This document shows, piece after piece, positions 25,845 through 38,376 of a DNA stretch of 64,000 bases. Each line of letters opens with the position of its first letter. Position 1 is the stretch's first letter. A model generated the notes under the pieces. It had not been told where the DNA came from. It saw only the letters and a list, made by a program, of their open reading frames with translations, and did not search any database. Origin of the DNA: Camelus dromedarius (taxonomy: Eukaryota); contig NC_087436.1 in NCBI RefSeq assembly GCF_036321535.1, positions 97,590,001 to 97,654,000 of the forward strand, given 5' to 3'. Both the position numbers and the translations under genes were made by a program.

Positions 25845-25870
<26 letters not shown>
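25845..25870. repeat. (AC)13 microsatellite followed by an AT-rich degenerate tandem (atatatgaatgtaggat)
   Basis: Directly visible. Confidence 0.9.
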
Positions 25871-25878
<8 letters not shown>

Positions 25879-28800
25879 CTCCTTTATATACGTATATATT
25901 ATATATATGAATGTAGGATATATATGAATGTAGGATATATATAAATGTAAGTCATACATATATACTAATACAAAATAATTTTACCATGATCCATCTAATG
26001 TTTTATAACTTTGTTTTATCATTTTAAGTTAATGAAAATGGTACATGTTCCTAGAGCCTAAATTCAGTGCTGAATTCATTTAGACTATTGAAATTGTTGC
26101 TCTGGATTGCTAGGTATAAACAGATGATAAATAAAGGAATAATTCTGTAATGAAAATCAAACTTTCCTTAACAGACATGACTCATGATACATACACTGTG
26201 TGCACTATCCAGTCAATTGAAGCATTACATCACTTCAGAATACAAGCTTAGTTTGATATGCTCATTGGATATCAGCACTAGGTGACATTTATAATATGAC
26301 ATTTTATTATAAAGATTGCTAAGAAACTTGGTAGCTTGAAACATACCAGAGAAAAAGTGAACACATGTTTGGTTGCTACCAAATGAGAAATAATTTCAAT
26401 TTTCAGAAATTTATCAGCAAATTGAAAAAGTATAGTTTCTTACTAGATATAATTATTTATAGTAAGCTAAATTAAATGATAGGGTTACAGTGAACTAAAG
26501 TTATTTTATTCCTTTTTCTTCTCTTGGTTCAAACAGTAGGCCTGACATGTAGTTTATCCTTGATGGATGAAAGGAGGAAGTAAGAGAGGGGATGAGCTAA
26601 TAATGGTAAAGTTGGTATTGAATCAGAAATATATTGAGATTCTGAGAGAGATCAAGATACGTGTTTCAATCATTAGAGTTTGTCACTACTGAGACTCGTT
26701 GGTTGATGACCTGTCAATGAACCAAGAGAAAAAGGTTTTGTAAGAAGAAACTAGACTTGCAGAAAAAGCAGTTTAATACCCAGAGGACTCTGTATAAATA
26801 GAACTTATAAAGTAAAAGTGGCAATAACATGTGCAGATCGAAGGGATAGAGTTTAACTGAATTCAAAAAAAGACAGCCTCTATAGTTCCCCTTTAGTAGC
26901 TAAGTTTTTTATAATGACTTAAATATGATGAATCTCAGCTTTTTCTCTAAGTAAGGAGGCATGTATATGCAAAACAAGATAAACTACAAGATGTAATTTT
27001 GCCCTCAAAACCAATCCATTTTAGTATCATTAGTATAAATATTTTCTATGGTCAATTTAAATCAAGTCTCTATTATCCACGGGTCATGAAAAATTAAAAT
27101 TCACAGACTTTTCAAGGTTTTAACTCTGTTCAAAGTTCTGAACAATACGTCTAATGTGACTTTCTCTAGAGCAGCTAAATATGGCTTTGGTTAGATACTA
27201 AACATATTTTTTTTAAGTTCATGAATAGAGAAAGGGATTATTATTGGTTATCCCACAAAATATTGAAAGCAGATCATCCCCATGACATCAATCGACTACT
27301 GATTCCTGATGTTTCTCTAAAACTTTCTCTTATTTCTACTGTTTACTTCACTAAAATTTATGATGGATTCTGAGGACTTGTGTCCTTGCTCACAAAATGA
27401 TCTGTATGTATCCCTTTTTCTGAAAATTCTCAAAAATCAGGAACAGACCTATTTAAGTGACATGATTTACTTGTTAACTCTGTGTATCTAAAAGAAAGAT
27501 GGATTGTTGAAGAGCAATCTATACTGGAGAGTCTTTGATATGGGGGACTTTCATTTTAGGAAAATTGTCATTGTTCCTTACTGATCACTTTGTCCTGGAT
27601 TATTCGTGGTTACCCACAAGGCCAAGGTCTCCCCAGAATCTATGCTGTTTGGTACTTTCTAATGCTGGGTCACAAGCTCTCAGAAAGGGAAACATTCTGC
27701 TCTCTGGGTCCTAGACCTCACTCACAACCTTCAAGCCCCATGTGTGGTCTGGCTGTTTCAATAGAAATAGTTAATATTTTGATAGGAATTGAGAGAGGAT
27801 AGCCACAGGGATGAACTGAATCTGCCATTTTCCCAAGATTGTCAGCTAGTGAGATCTATAAAATAACGTGTTTCCACTCATTCCAATAGTAGTTACTTAA
27901 GCTTCACAGAAGGTCATCTATTTAAAGTGGATTTTTTTTTTTGCTTTGTTTTCCTCTAGAATCAATAAAATGTGTTAGCTGACATTTTATTTAGGATATA
28001 TATGACATTGAGAAGGCAATCTTTTCATTAGCAATTATATATATAACATAACTTAAAAATCAATTTATTAAATTATAGCATTGGTACCTGGGGACACAAT
28101 CCTCCCTTATTTAACATATGAAATAAAAATACACAAAATAATTCTGAATAGAATCCATTGAATAAAAATATATAATTCATATATATATATTAAAATTTCA
28201 AATATTACATTGTGGCAGAAAAACATAGTAGAAAGGAAATGGAATTTGGTGTTAGACATAATTGGATTTCAATCATAGTTCCTCCAATTACTAGATCTTT
28301 AGGGTATATAGGTACTTATATATATGGGAAGCTTACACATATCTAGTCTGAGTCTTACAGTCCAGAGACTAATTTGATTAGGTGAGATCTACTCTGTGCC
28401 GGAAGGTGGAGCTGAATTAGATGTCTGATCCAGCCTTACAGTTTGATCTATTTGCTCATTGAGCAGGTAGTATAGACCAGTCAACATGCTAACCATTTGG
28501 GATACAAAGAATGAGACTAGGAAAACACTGACATTGCAAAGTTTACAATCAAGTTGACAAGAATGGCATTTAAAAAATCAAATAGATTTAATCTAGCTAA
28601 TCTTTATTGGCTGGAGACATATTTTATTTCCTCCTATACTTCTATAGTCAGTTTCTAATTTCAGTGTTTTTATGAGTCAAAATTAAAATTTTAACCTAAA
28701 CATTTATGATTTGGGGCATAATATTTGGTGGGGTATTTGAAAAATGTTGCAATATGAAAAAAGCTTTTGGGATATATTCATTTTGGTGAATGTAAAATGT

Positions 28801-29584
28801 GTTTGAAATATCTCTTTGGCTACTCTTCTAATGTTGTTCTTATAATATAGATAATTAAAATTAAAATTTATGTATTTGATGATAATCTTCACACTGCTGG
28901 CAAAATTCAAAGATAATGACTCTTTTATACAGAAATAGATAACAATATTAAAGATGCTGAGTGAAACTCAATGAGACAGTGTATTCACCTGTGAAATAAA
29001 GTTTGATAATATATTTCTTAAAGAATTGTTTTATGTTTAAAAGAAATAACTAACACAAGTAACCAACAGTGTGCATGAAATTTTGTGGGTTCTCAATAAC
29101 TATTATGCTTCTTCTCTTCTCTTTCTACCTTCAGTTGGCAACAACTTATTGAGTAATTGCTGTATATGTGGTACCATAAGAGAATCAGAAAAGTAGCCTG
29201 GAGACTATGGAATAGATTGACGAATGGAAATTAAATTATTAGAGAAGTAAAGAAATGGGAAATAAAGTAAATAAACTGGTTGTGGCAGTCTGGAACTTCT
29301 ACCAAAAGTTAAGTTCAGGGACATTCAAACTAGACCACAGAAAGATATTTGAGGTGCTTATGAAAATTTGCTGTGACAAATACTTCATAAATTTTTATTA
29401 GCATTTTTATGCCTTATGCTTTTTCTCAAAGCATTGAAGAATTGAAACCAATAATAATGGGCAGTTATACAATCTCTCTCTCTTGCTTATTTCTCCTTTC
29501 TCATCCCCAACACAAATATTATATCACATGTCCAACAGGAAATATTTGCCAAAATCCTATTCCTCTTTAATATTCTTGAGCATA

Positions 29585-30080
29585 TAGATTGCATTTTCCA
29601 ATCTCCCCTGTAAGTTATGTGTTAAGCTATGTTCCTGAGTTCTAGCTAATGATTTTTGATATAGAATGAATGTTTGTATCCTCCAAAATTCATATACTGA
29701 AACCTAATCCCCAGTGTGATGATATTTGGAAGTGGGGCCTTTGAGAGGTGGTTAGGTTGTGAATGTTGAACACTCATGAATTGGATTAGTGCCCTTATAA
29801 AAGAGACCCTAGAGAGAGTTCCCTCAGCTGTTCCACCACGTGATGACAGAGAGAGACAGCTGGCTATGAAACAGGAAGTGGGCCCTCACTGGATGTTGAA
29901 TCTACAGGTGCCTTGACCTTAGATGTTCTACTTCTCCCAGAATTATGAGAAATAAGTGTTGTTGTTCATAAGCCACCATTTATATTATTCTGTTATACTT
30001 GCCTCAACAGACTAAGACAATGTGTTAATGGAAGTTAAGTGTGCCTTTTGCAGACATGGCTCACATAAACTCCTTGTGTT
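29585..30080 (+). mobile_element. MLT1J/I-like LTR fragment interrupted by an MLT1A0
   Basis: Left part gcattttccaatctcccctgtaagtta...tgagttctagctaatga; right part atgtgttaatggaagttaagtgtgcc...cataaactcc. Confidence 0.6.
29657..30019 (+). mobile_element. MLT1A0 MaLR solo LTR
   Basis: tgatatagaatgaatgtttgtatcctccaaaattcata...ggattagtgcccttataaaagagacc...cagactaagaca. Confidence 0.9.
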
Positions 30081-30089
30081 CTTCTAATG

Positions 30090-30290
30090 AACACTATTGT
30101 TGCAAAAACTTAGCAGCTTAAAATAACCACTGTATTTTTCTCAAATTTGGGGAGTAGGGCTCAGAAATTTGAGAAAGGATTGGTTTGGCTGTTCTTGAGT
30201 AGAATTGTCCATGAAATTCCAATCATCTGAAGGGTCCCCTAGGCTGGAGATCTTAGGTCATTCACATAGCTAGATGCTGATTCCCTTAGT
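30090..30290 (-). mobile_element. MLT1 (F/H-like) LTR fragment
   Basis: aaaacttagcagcttaaaataacca...catctgaagg...ggctggag...cattcacatagct. Confidence 0.55.
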
Positions 30291-33200
30291 TTAAGTCCTT
30301 GCAGAAAACTATGTGGAGGAGAAATTGTTCACTCATTCATCCCCTCACTATAAAAAAGGCATAAATTACCATTATTTGTAAGATTGAACTTCTTAGGGAG
30401 TCTAAAATAATGGAAGGAACACTAAATTAATGAATTCTCTACCTACTTAGACAAATTCACTGTAATTATTTCTATACTGAATATCTGCATGAAAATTTGG
30501 AGAGCCTTGCAACAAAACCTTCATTTAAAATGGCTAATTATAATCATTAAATTCTTAATTGTTTGCTGTATAACAGGGATAACACTTTCTTATTTGTTAT
30601 AAATAAATGAAAATATTTGCAAATCACTGCAACCAGAGGGAGTACTCGACTCAGCTGAAAACACCCACGAGGATATACCAGGGAGGGATTATCATGGAGA
30701 ACACAATGTTTCCCAGGGGCCTCTGAGGATTCTAGATTATAACCAATTTTATAGTGGAAGTTGCCAAAAAACTCAAGTGTCTTAGTACCTCTGTGAATCC
30801 ATGCTCCCACTTTTCTTCCATATTTAGTCTCTCAATCTAAAGCACCTACTGACCCAGTTAAGTGAGTTGTTATTTCTCTATTATGAGGCTAAACTAGTCA
30901 ATCTACTGGCAGGTAATACTGTGTTGGTGGAAGGTGTGGGTTTTTTTTTTTTTTTTTTTAGGTCTTTCTTATATAAGTGAGAGATTGAAAAATGAGTGCA
31001 TCAGGCTTTAACTCTTCTCACTTCTCTTACCAAGTTCTTTATGAATCTTTCCTCATTAAATTAAATGGCTGAGTTTCTGAAGGTTTACTTGGCTATGAAG
31101 GAAAGACAATAAATTAAGACACTGTAAGGGATAACTCAGTTTAAAGACAATTGCTTCATGATTGGCATTTTTCAGTCTAGATAAAATTTAACAATGGAAA
31201 TAAATGAATAAGATAGAAGGTGGCATAAATCTATAGACAATTAAAAACAATTTGAGAATGAATAAGGCATTACATTTATTCTAAATAAAAGTAAAACTGG
31301 GTATACTTACAAATGATGGAGAGGGAATTTCTCTATTTATTGAACAAAATGAGACATATCAATGATTTATGCATACTGTTATACTAAACTGAATTAATGT
31401 GAAATTACAGGGTATGTTAATCAACATCCTTTTCAAACCATAATTTTTTAGTACAATATATTATTTCCCTCTTTTTTCTATTTTTCTTAATGGAAACAAA
31501 AGGGATGATTTTTTTTCTACTGAAGCCTGGTTCAGGCATAGCTAGTAGGAAAAAATGGTCCCCAATGTAGGTTGTATGCTTAAAAAAATAGTTTCACATG
31601 GTTAGACTTTGTCTACTTATTAAATTATAAGTATATTCCATAATAAAAATTTTCCTAGGAAAAGTATCAAATTTACATATACTTCTTATGAGAAGTAAAT
31701 AAATAATATCGTAATTTTTCTTGGTATATTGAAAAATAGAAGAAAGAGTTTAGGAGAACCATAAAAAAAAAAAAAAGAGGGTTAAAAAAAAGAAAGAGGA
31801 AAATACTAACTTCTACATTACGTAGAGCAAATTCACCCATGAAAAAGTGTCAGCTTCAGATATTACAGCTAGAACTATATTCCCAACAAACTTGTTAAGA
31901 AAGTCAGTCTTTTCTTCTTGGAGTGATGCTCCCCAAAATATATTCTGAAAGCAGTGTGATATCTGCTCCAAACTGCAATAGCCTAAGAGTATCACTGTTA
32001 CTTGTCAATCAGAAAACTGACATGAGAGAAATGATTATCATTAAAATACTTACAGTATATGTTATTGAAGATGATGGAACATAGAGTTTAATACCAATTT
32101 AGACCTTGAGATTATTTTATAACAATAGAAATATTCATAGAAAATGGAGAATCTACCATGATACTTCGGCCTAGGCTACCCTGCACTGCTGAGAACCAGG
32201 TGGTGATACAAGAAAAAAATCAGTTAGGTGCAGATGGTGACTCTGTTGTCAGAGTTAACAAAAAGGAATCTATTCTAAAATCAATCTGTTTTCCTCACTT
32301 ATTTTATTTTTTCATTTATTATTTTATTGATTTATTGAAAAGAAACATTAAAGCACATCTGATCTGTGTTGAAAACTATTATACATACTGAGAAGGCAAA
32401 GATGAGAAAGCACCACGTTTCTGGTGTTGAGGAAACAGTTTTCAAAATGTGGGCCGTGAAAATTAGGTGGCGTCTACTGGTCTCTGAAGTGGCTCACAGG
32501 CAGCTTAGTTTAAGAGGAATGGCAGGAAAAGCAATTGTTTCACAAACTTGATATGTAAAGTTTCTCTTAAGGATAACTGTGCTTTTGAAGGTGGAACATA
32601 TGCTCAAAAACATGAATGTATCAGTTGACATTTCATCAAAAAGATACAGTTCATCTTAACCAACGTATTTTCATAGCACTTCCATTCTATAGTTCACACT
32701 TTTAAAAATTCTATTTTTCATGTACACTATTATGTTGCTCTAGCTTCTCAATTCACAAAATATTTAAATCATTTGTTTAATTAAAAGTAAAAATACACTT
32801 CTTCATTTAGCTGTTATGAGTACTATAATTTAGACATTAAAAAAAGAAAATTAATGGAGAACTTACTGTGCGCCCAAAAGTGGATATTCAATGGTGAACA
32901 AGCCAAAGTTTCCAAAGTTTCCAAATTCATGAACCTTATAGTGGGAAGAAGCACAATAAATAGTTAAAATATATATATATATATGTATATAACATCATTT
33001 TACATAGCATTTACTAAAGGGAAATGTAAAGCAAAGTAAAAAGATGAGTGATAGAGGATGATTATTTTAAATAATGTGATCATTGGAAGTTCTTTATGTA
33101 AAAGTAATATTTGAGGAAAAGACTGAATAAAATGGAGAAGCAAATCAAATGAGTTTTGGGCTTAAAATTGCTCAATGAACGCAAAAGAGTAAGTGAACCA

Positions 33201-34444
33201 TTCTTGAACAGAATGTAACTAAAATATGAATTTGGATATGCTAATGATAAGAAATCTTATTAGCAATTAAAAATGGAAAGGATATAAACAAAGTCAGCAA
33301 GATGAAAATTAATATTTTTAAGAAATGTAACTCATTCAACCATCATCTCTTGTGTTATGAAATTTTCTCTAATAGCCATCAAAATATTGAGACATTTTTT
33401 GAAAAAGCATAAAGTGCCCTCTTTAGGAATTCAAATGACTTTTTTCCGGTTTACACATAAAGTATTGGATTCTAATACAAAATTGATTAATTTTGCTATA
33501 AATTGTTTCACCAGAAATTGTTTCACGGTTTCATCATTCAACTGTGATATGGAAAGGAATTACAAGTCATATTTTTATTGAAAAGTTTGTGAAACTATCA
33601 TGATAAATATGTTTGGAATGAAAAATACAAAGAGCTACTAGAAATATTTGTTATGGAATAACAAAGAAGATACATATTTTTATTGTCATCAAGGACACAA
33701 TGAAATGCCTATCACACATGTGTTCTTACTACAGAGTTGGAAAAAATTACCAGATTATAAACCAGCTCTTGACCCTGACAGGAAAGTGCTCAATTAACTA
33801 TCTTATGCTATATGGCTCTCTCTCAACCTAACCTTGCTTTTGTTACATTTTCAGGTCTTAGACTGTAGGTAGTTGAGTGACATAATCAGGTGGGCTGGGT
33901 TAACCCTAATGTATCACAGGATCCTGATGCAGCGAAGTAATCCTCCCAACAAAGATGGGATGAAAATACTATGCTGGGCAAAGCAACTAATATTTTCTTG
34001 TTTATCCCTTGATTGCCCAATATATGTGCAACTATCAATGTGAATGACTGATGTGATACTATGATAAGGCATCAGTAGGTTGTATATTCACACAATGGTA
34101 CTTAAAGAACTGCCCTTAATGTCTTCAATAATTACACATAATTTCAGTAAGGAATAAGCAGTTACCTTCAAAAGTGTGGATAAAAGCACTGTGGGGCAAA
34201 AGGACAGATAGGAACATTCAAAGTCTACTAAATATTTACTAATTATTATTGATATGTATTTGTTAGAATAGTTATCATCTTCTATTCACAATTTGGGGGA
34301 AAATCCCTGTAACAGCTTTATATATAAATTTTGAAATCAAATGCAATAAAGTATTCTATCTGACAATTGTGTATCAATGAAATAATGAGAAATAGTCCCC
34401 AGTGCATTCCTATAAGACAATCTGACATTTAAAATGTGGCTTCT

Positions 34445-34555
34445 TTTTGAGGGGGAGGGTATAGCTCAGGTCGTAGAGCACATGCTTAGCATGTACTGAG
34501 GTCTTGAGTTCAATCCCCAGTACTTCCTCTAAAAATAAATAAACCTCACACACAC
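34445..34555 (+). mobile_element. Camelid tRNA-derived SINE (Vic-1-like) with 14-bp TSD
   Basis: Head ggggagggtatagctcag..tagagcacatgcttagcatg..aggtcttgagttcaatcccc carries A and B boxes; A/CA tail. TSD aaaatgtggcttct at 34431-34444 and 34556-34569, at a ttt/aaaa L1 endonuclease site. Confidence 0.92.
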
Positions 34556-34584
34556 AAAATGTGGCTTCTGAGGAAATACCCTTT

Positions 34585-34830
34585 TTAGATATTGTAGAAT
34601 AAAAAGAATTCTGTGAAAAAAATGTTTAGAAAAGACTGCATATTTTACACCCTCCTCATTAAGATATTAACAAAAGCTTTTCATATGGTTCTGCTAAGTA
34701 ATACAGAAAAACGATTTATTTACTTTGTTTACCCAGAATTTCTTAAATGTATTTGACTAAAAAATCTATTTTCTGGCATTAAAAGCCTGTGCAACCATGT
34801 TCTTTGGCATACAGTTTGAGAAAGACTGTT
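34585..34830. mobile_element. hAT-Charlie MITE (MER112/113-like), opposite orientation to the copy at 18530
   Basis: gtttagaaaagactgcatatt...tttgtttacccagaatttcttaaatgtatttgac...cagtttgagaaagactg. Confidence 0.55.
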
Positions 34831-35171
34831 TTAGGCAATCTTTTCCTTTATTCTAATGCAGAACATTTGTGCTATCTGTTTTTCTTAACAGTGAAACTGA
34901 AATTTTGAAAGTGAAAGCATTGTTCAGTAGTGCCAAATGAATTTGGCAGCTAGGAGAATATTTTCATGATGACTTTTGAAGCTAAGAGCTGAGATTTCTC
35001 TTGGTAAAATCCTATTTAATCATAATCTCTTAAAGCTTCAAATGCATCTTTGAGAGCCAGAGGATAGCCACAGGGATTCCAAAATGAATGCTTCCATGTG
35101 TGGGTCCCCATTGAATCCTGTAAACTTTTATCATATTTTCTGTCTCTAGATTTCAGTGCTCATCACACCCT

Positions 35172-35223
35172 GGAGAGAGAGAGAGAGAGGGAGGGGGAGA
35201 GAGGGAGAGAGAGGGAGAGAAAG
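35172..35223. repeat. (GA)n/GA-rich microsatellite
   Basis: Directly visible. Confidence 0.9.
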
Positions 35224-35749
35224 ATACATATATTTGTAAAATCTGAGATTGTAAAGTTAATTTGCTTTACTCTGATCTACAGTAATCTCAACTGTTAAAT
35301 CTGTTATTTAAATCCCATATCAAAAATGAGTGCTGAAGGGCATTTGTTTTGAAGCTGTTGACTATGACTACAAACCAAACAGATGGATAAAATCCATTTT
35401 AAATGTGAACTCATATTTAGATATTTTATTTGTGTCATTTTTGGTTTTCTGCTCCTTTACCCAGGTGGTAGGCCATCAATATAGTGTGATGGCATTGGTG
35501 GGGTGAATACTTGTGGATATTTTTACATGTATTTCTTCTTCTCAATAGAGAAACTACATTATCCCAGTGTTTTAGCAAACTCTGAGTGGTTATGAATTTT
35601 TATCATGCATGTAATCACATTAGAAATATACGTTCTTTGAAAGAGTGTACAGGCAGTCTTCCTCCAAGTCTGTCTTGTGTTACTCCTTTCTAAAACATCG
35701 TTTTGGGCTGGTTATCTGAGGTCACTAGCAAAACATTGTTACACATCTA

Positions 35750-35985
35750 CTGTGAGTGATGCTCTGGTATTAATGTCTAGATTTGAGTGCTGATTCAACC
35801 TTACCACTCAGGACAATTTACTTCATCTTTTTGACTCTCTATTTATATATATAAATAAAATGGTTATAATAGACTCATACTACATTGTATTGTTATAAAT
35901 AAATGGGATACTATATATAAAGATTTTGAAGGAGTGTATTCAAAAAATAAGTGCTCAAATAATTGGTAACTCTTTTTTATTACTG
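35750..35985 (+). mobile_element. MIR SINE (decayed)
   Basis: gctctggtattaatgtctagatttgag...ggacaatttacttcatc...taaaatggttataata...taagtgctcaaataatt. Confidence 0.6.
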
Positions 35986-36049
35986 TTTAAAATCTCTCTT
36001 CCTCTAGTTCCCTCTTGTCCCTTTTAACACTACAAAGCTAAATTTTGTA

Positions 36050-36270
36050 ATGTCTTTCAAACTTGTCTATGCATCAGAATCATCATAATCATCATAAAAA
36101 CTTGTTTAAAAAAAAAAAGGCAAAGCAAAATAAAAACAAAACAGAAATAGATTCCTGAGATCTACCTATATTCTTCCTGAAGCCAAATATTAAAGTCAGG
36201 TTCCTTGACATACAGATTTATACCAAGCTTTTCTGATGTATCTAATGCAAGAACTTGAAGTCCAGTTGCA
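36050..36270. mobile_element. MER5-like hAT MITE with internal A-rich expansion
   Basis: tctttcaaacttgtctatgcatcagaatca...aaatagattcctgagatctacc...accaagcttttctgatgtatctaatgca. Confidence 0.5.
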
Positions 36271-37446
36271 TTTTAAAATATTACTTATTGCTAAGTTATT
36301 CTATTTCTGGCCCCAAATATCTCAGTGCCACTTCCTCATTATCATATTCCTAGCCAGTAGTTTTTCTTTTATAGATTCTTTTGTTCCTCTGTCTTCACTT
36401 AAAAAAAAAAAAAAACTCATAGTAGTTATAGTTTTAAAAGCATTTAGAACTATTTGTTATATATAGTATATAAAATAATATATTTACCTACTTTTATTCA
36501 ATAAATTTTTCCCTCTGATCAATATAAATACTATGAAAACTCTCCCATGCTCTAGATTGAATCTTAACTGTCTTCTGCTTCAAATTTTCATAGCTTACTG
36601 TGAAGACTCTCTACTCAAAACTCATCTTAACATTATTTCCCATTATACTTAGATATACATTTTGCTTTTTAAGCAAACTTTTGCTTTCTCTAGATCATAG
36701 ATTATTTTATTCATCCTTCCAAGCTATACATATCATTTTCTTCTTTTTAAATATATAAATATAACTGAAGATTTTTCTTATTGAGATGTACAGCCTGCAA
36801 CATGAAGTTTCATGGAAGTGGAAATGATTTAGAGGACTCTGCTTGAGCATGGTGGAGTATATAATTTATTTAATATTTTTATAGTTGAAATGTCATTAGC
36901 TGTTAGGTAGTATTCTATGTTAATTTTTAAGTATAAGTGTTTAGGAGACACCCATCGAACAGTGGAAATAGCTGTATTATGACCGGAAACTAATCAAGTA
37001 AACGATGAAGACAGAATTATGTAAATAAGATGCAAAGAGAAGTTTCTGAAAGAAAAAAATCACATGTGAAAAAGCATGAAAAAACATAATATGTTTCAGA
37101 TATTCGAATATTTTCTGGAATATGGAACACTGATATCTTGCAGAAGAGTAAGGTAGAGGGAATACATGAGACTGGGTCAGGTTCAAAATTCTGTTTGTGC
37201 ACTTGATTAAATGATCCTAATCTAAGAATTAAAGCAGAATATGAAGCACTGGCTGCAGAGATTTTACTAAAATATCCTTATGGATAAGTCATCTGCTGGA
37301 ACTGAGGCAGGAAATGGTGCCGTGGGCCCTGGACTATTAAGTTACCAAAGACTAATGGCAGTGGTTGGAGATTCAGATAAAACTGAAGACCAATAGCACC
37401 CACCAACACAAACATAATTTTGTTCCAATGGTGAAAACTACCTGGA

Positions 37447-37930
37447 TTTGGTAGAATTACTAATGGCCTCCCAAAGGACCCAGGTCCTGATCCCTGGAAA
37501 CTTGCAGCAAAAGGAATTTGCAGATGTCATTAAAGTAAGGATCTTGAGATGGTGAGATTATCCTGGATTACCAGTGGGGACCATAAATATAGTCAAAAGT
37601 GTTTTTATAAGAGAGAAGCAGGGGTGTTTGACTACAGAGACGGAGGGTGAGGTGGGAACTGGAGTAGGATAGTAAGCTGCTGTCTTTGAAAATGAAGAAA
37701 AGGCCAAGAGTCAAGGAATGCAAGGAACATTGTAAAAGCTGGAAAAGGCAAGGAATTGCTCTTACCAGAGATATCTCTGGATGGAGCTGGGCCCTGCTGT
37801 CCCCTTGATTTCAGACCATGGGAGCTGATTTTGGATGACCCTAAAAAGTGCGATTGTTTCAAGAGAAATGTGTTGTTTCAAGCTACCAAGTTTGTGGTGA
37901 TTTGTTAAAACAAGCACAAGAAATTAATAA
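37447..37930 (+). mobile_element. MLT1D-like MaLR solo LTR
   Basis: taatggcctcccaaag...gcagatgtcattaaagtaaggatcttgagatgg..gattatcctggatta...agctggaaaaggcaagga...aagtttgtggtgatttgtta. Confidence 0.9.
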
Positions 37931-38247
37931 TGCACTGCTTTTTAAATAAAAGAACAATGGGCATTGACTAGATTCTGACAAAATGAAGCCACCTAGTAGC
38001 ATGAATGAACAAGAATCTTAGGTCATTGATATTATTAGTGAGAGAGAACTGAATTGATGACAAAATAAGGTAGTTTATTCAGAATAATTTGAGATGAGAA
38101 ACTGGAGCTGTGAAAGTGAGATTCAGAGAACAAGGAAAGGCCACGCACCAGAATATTTAATGAGTTGAAAGGAGGTTAACTGAAAGTAAGAATTGTGAGA
38201 TCTGGATGAATAAACTTCTAAAATAACCAAGATTCATCGGAATTTGT

Positions 38248-38376
38248 GGGAGGGAACAGCTCTGTGGTAGTGCATGTGCTCACCACGCACGAGGTCCTGG
38301 TTTCAATCCCCAGAACCTCCAATAAAAACAAACAAACCTAATTATCCTCCCCCCCACCCAAAAAACAGAAAAAAAG
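38248..38376 (+). mobile_element. Camelid Vic-1-like SINE (more diverged copy)
   Basis: gggagggaacagctctgtggtagtgc..gcacgaggtcctggtttcaatccccagaacctcc...aaacctaattatcctcccccc, then an A tail. The TSD is only partly readable. Confidence 0.85.

Noticed and set aside
34449..34525. tRNA gene
   Set aside because: The tRNA-like head is followed by a SINE tail and flanked by TSDs, and the stems are degraded.
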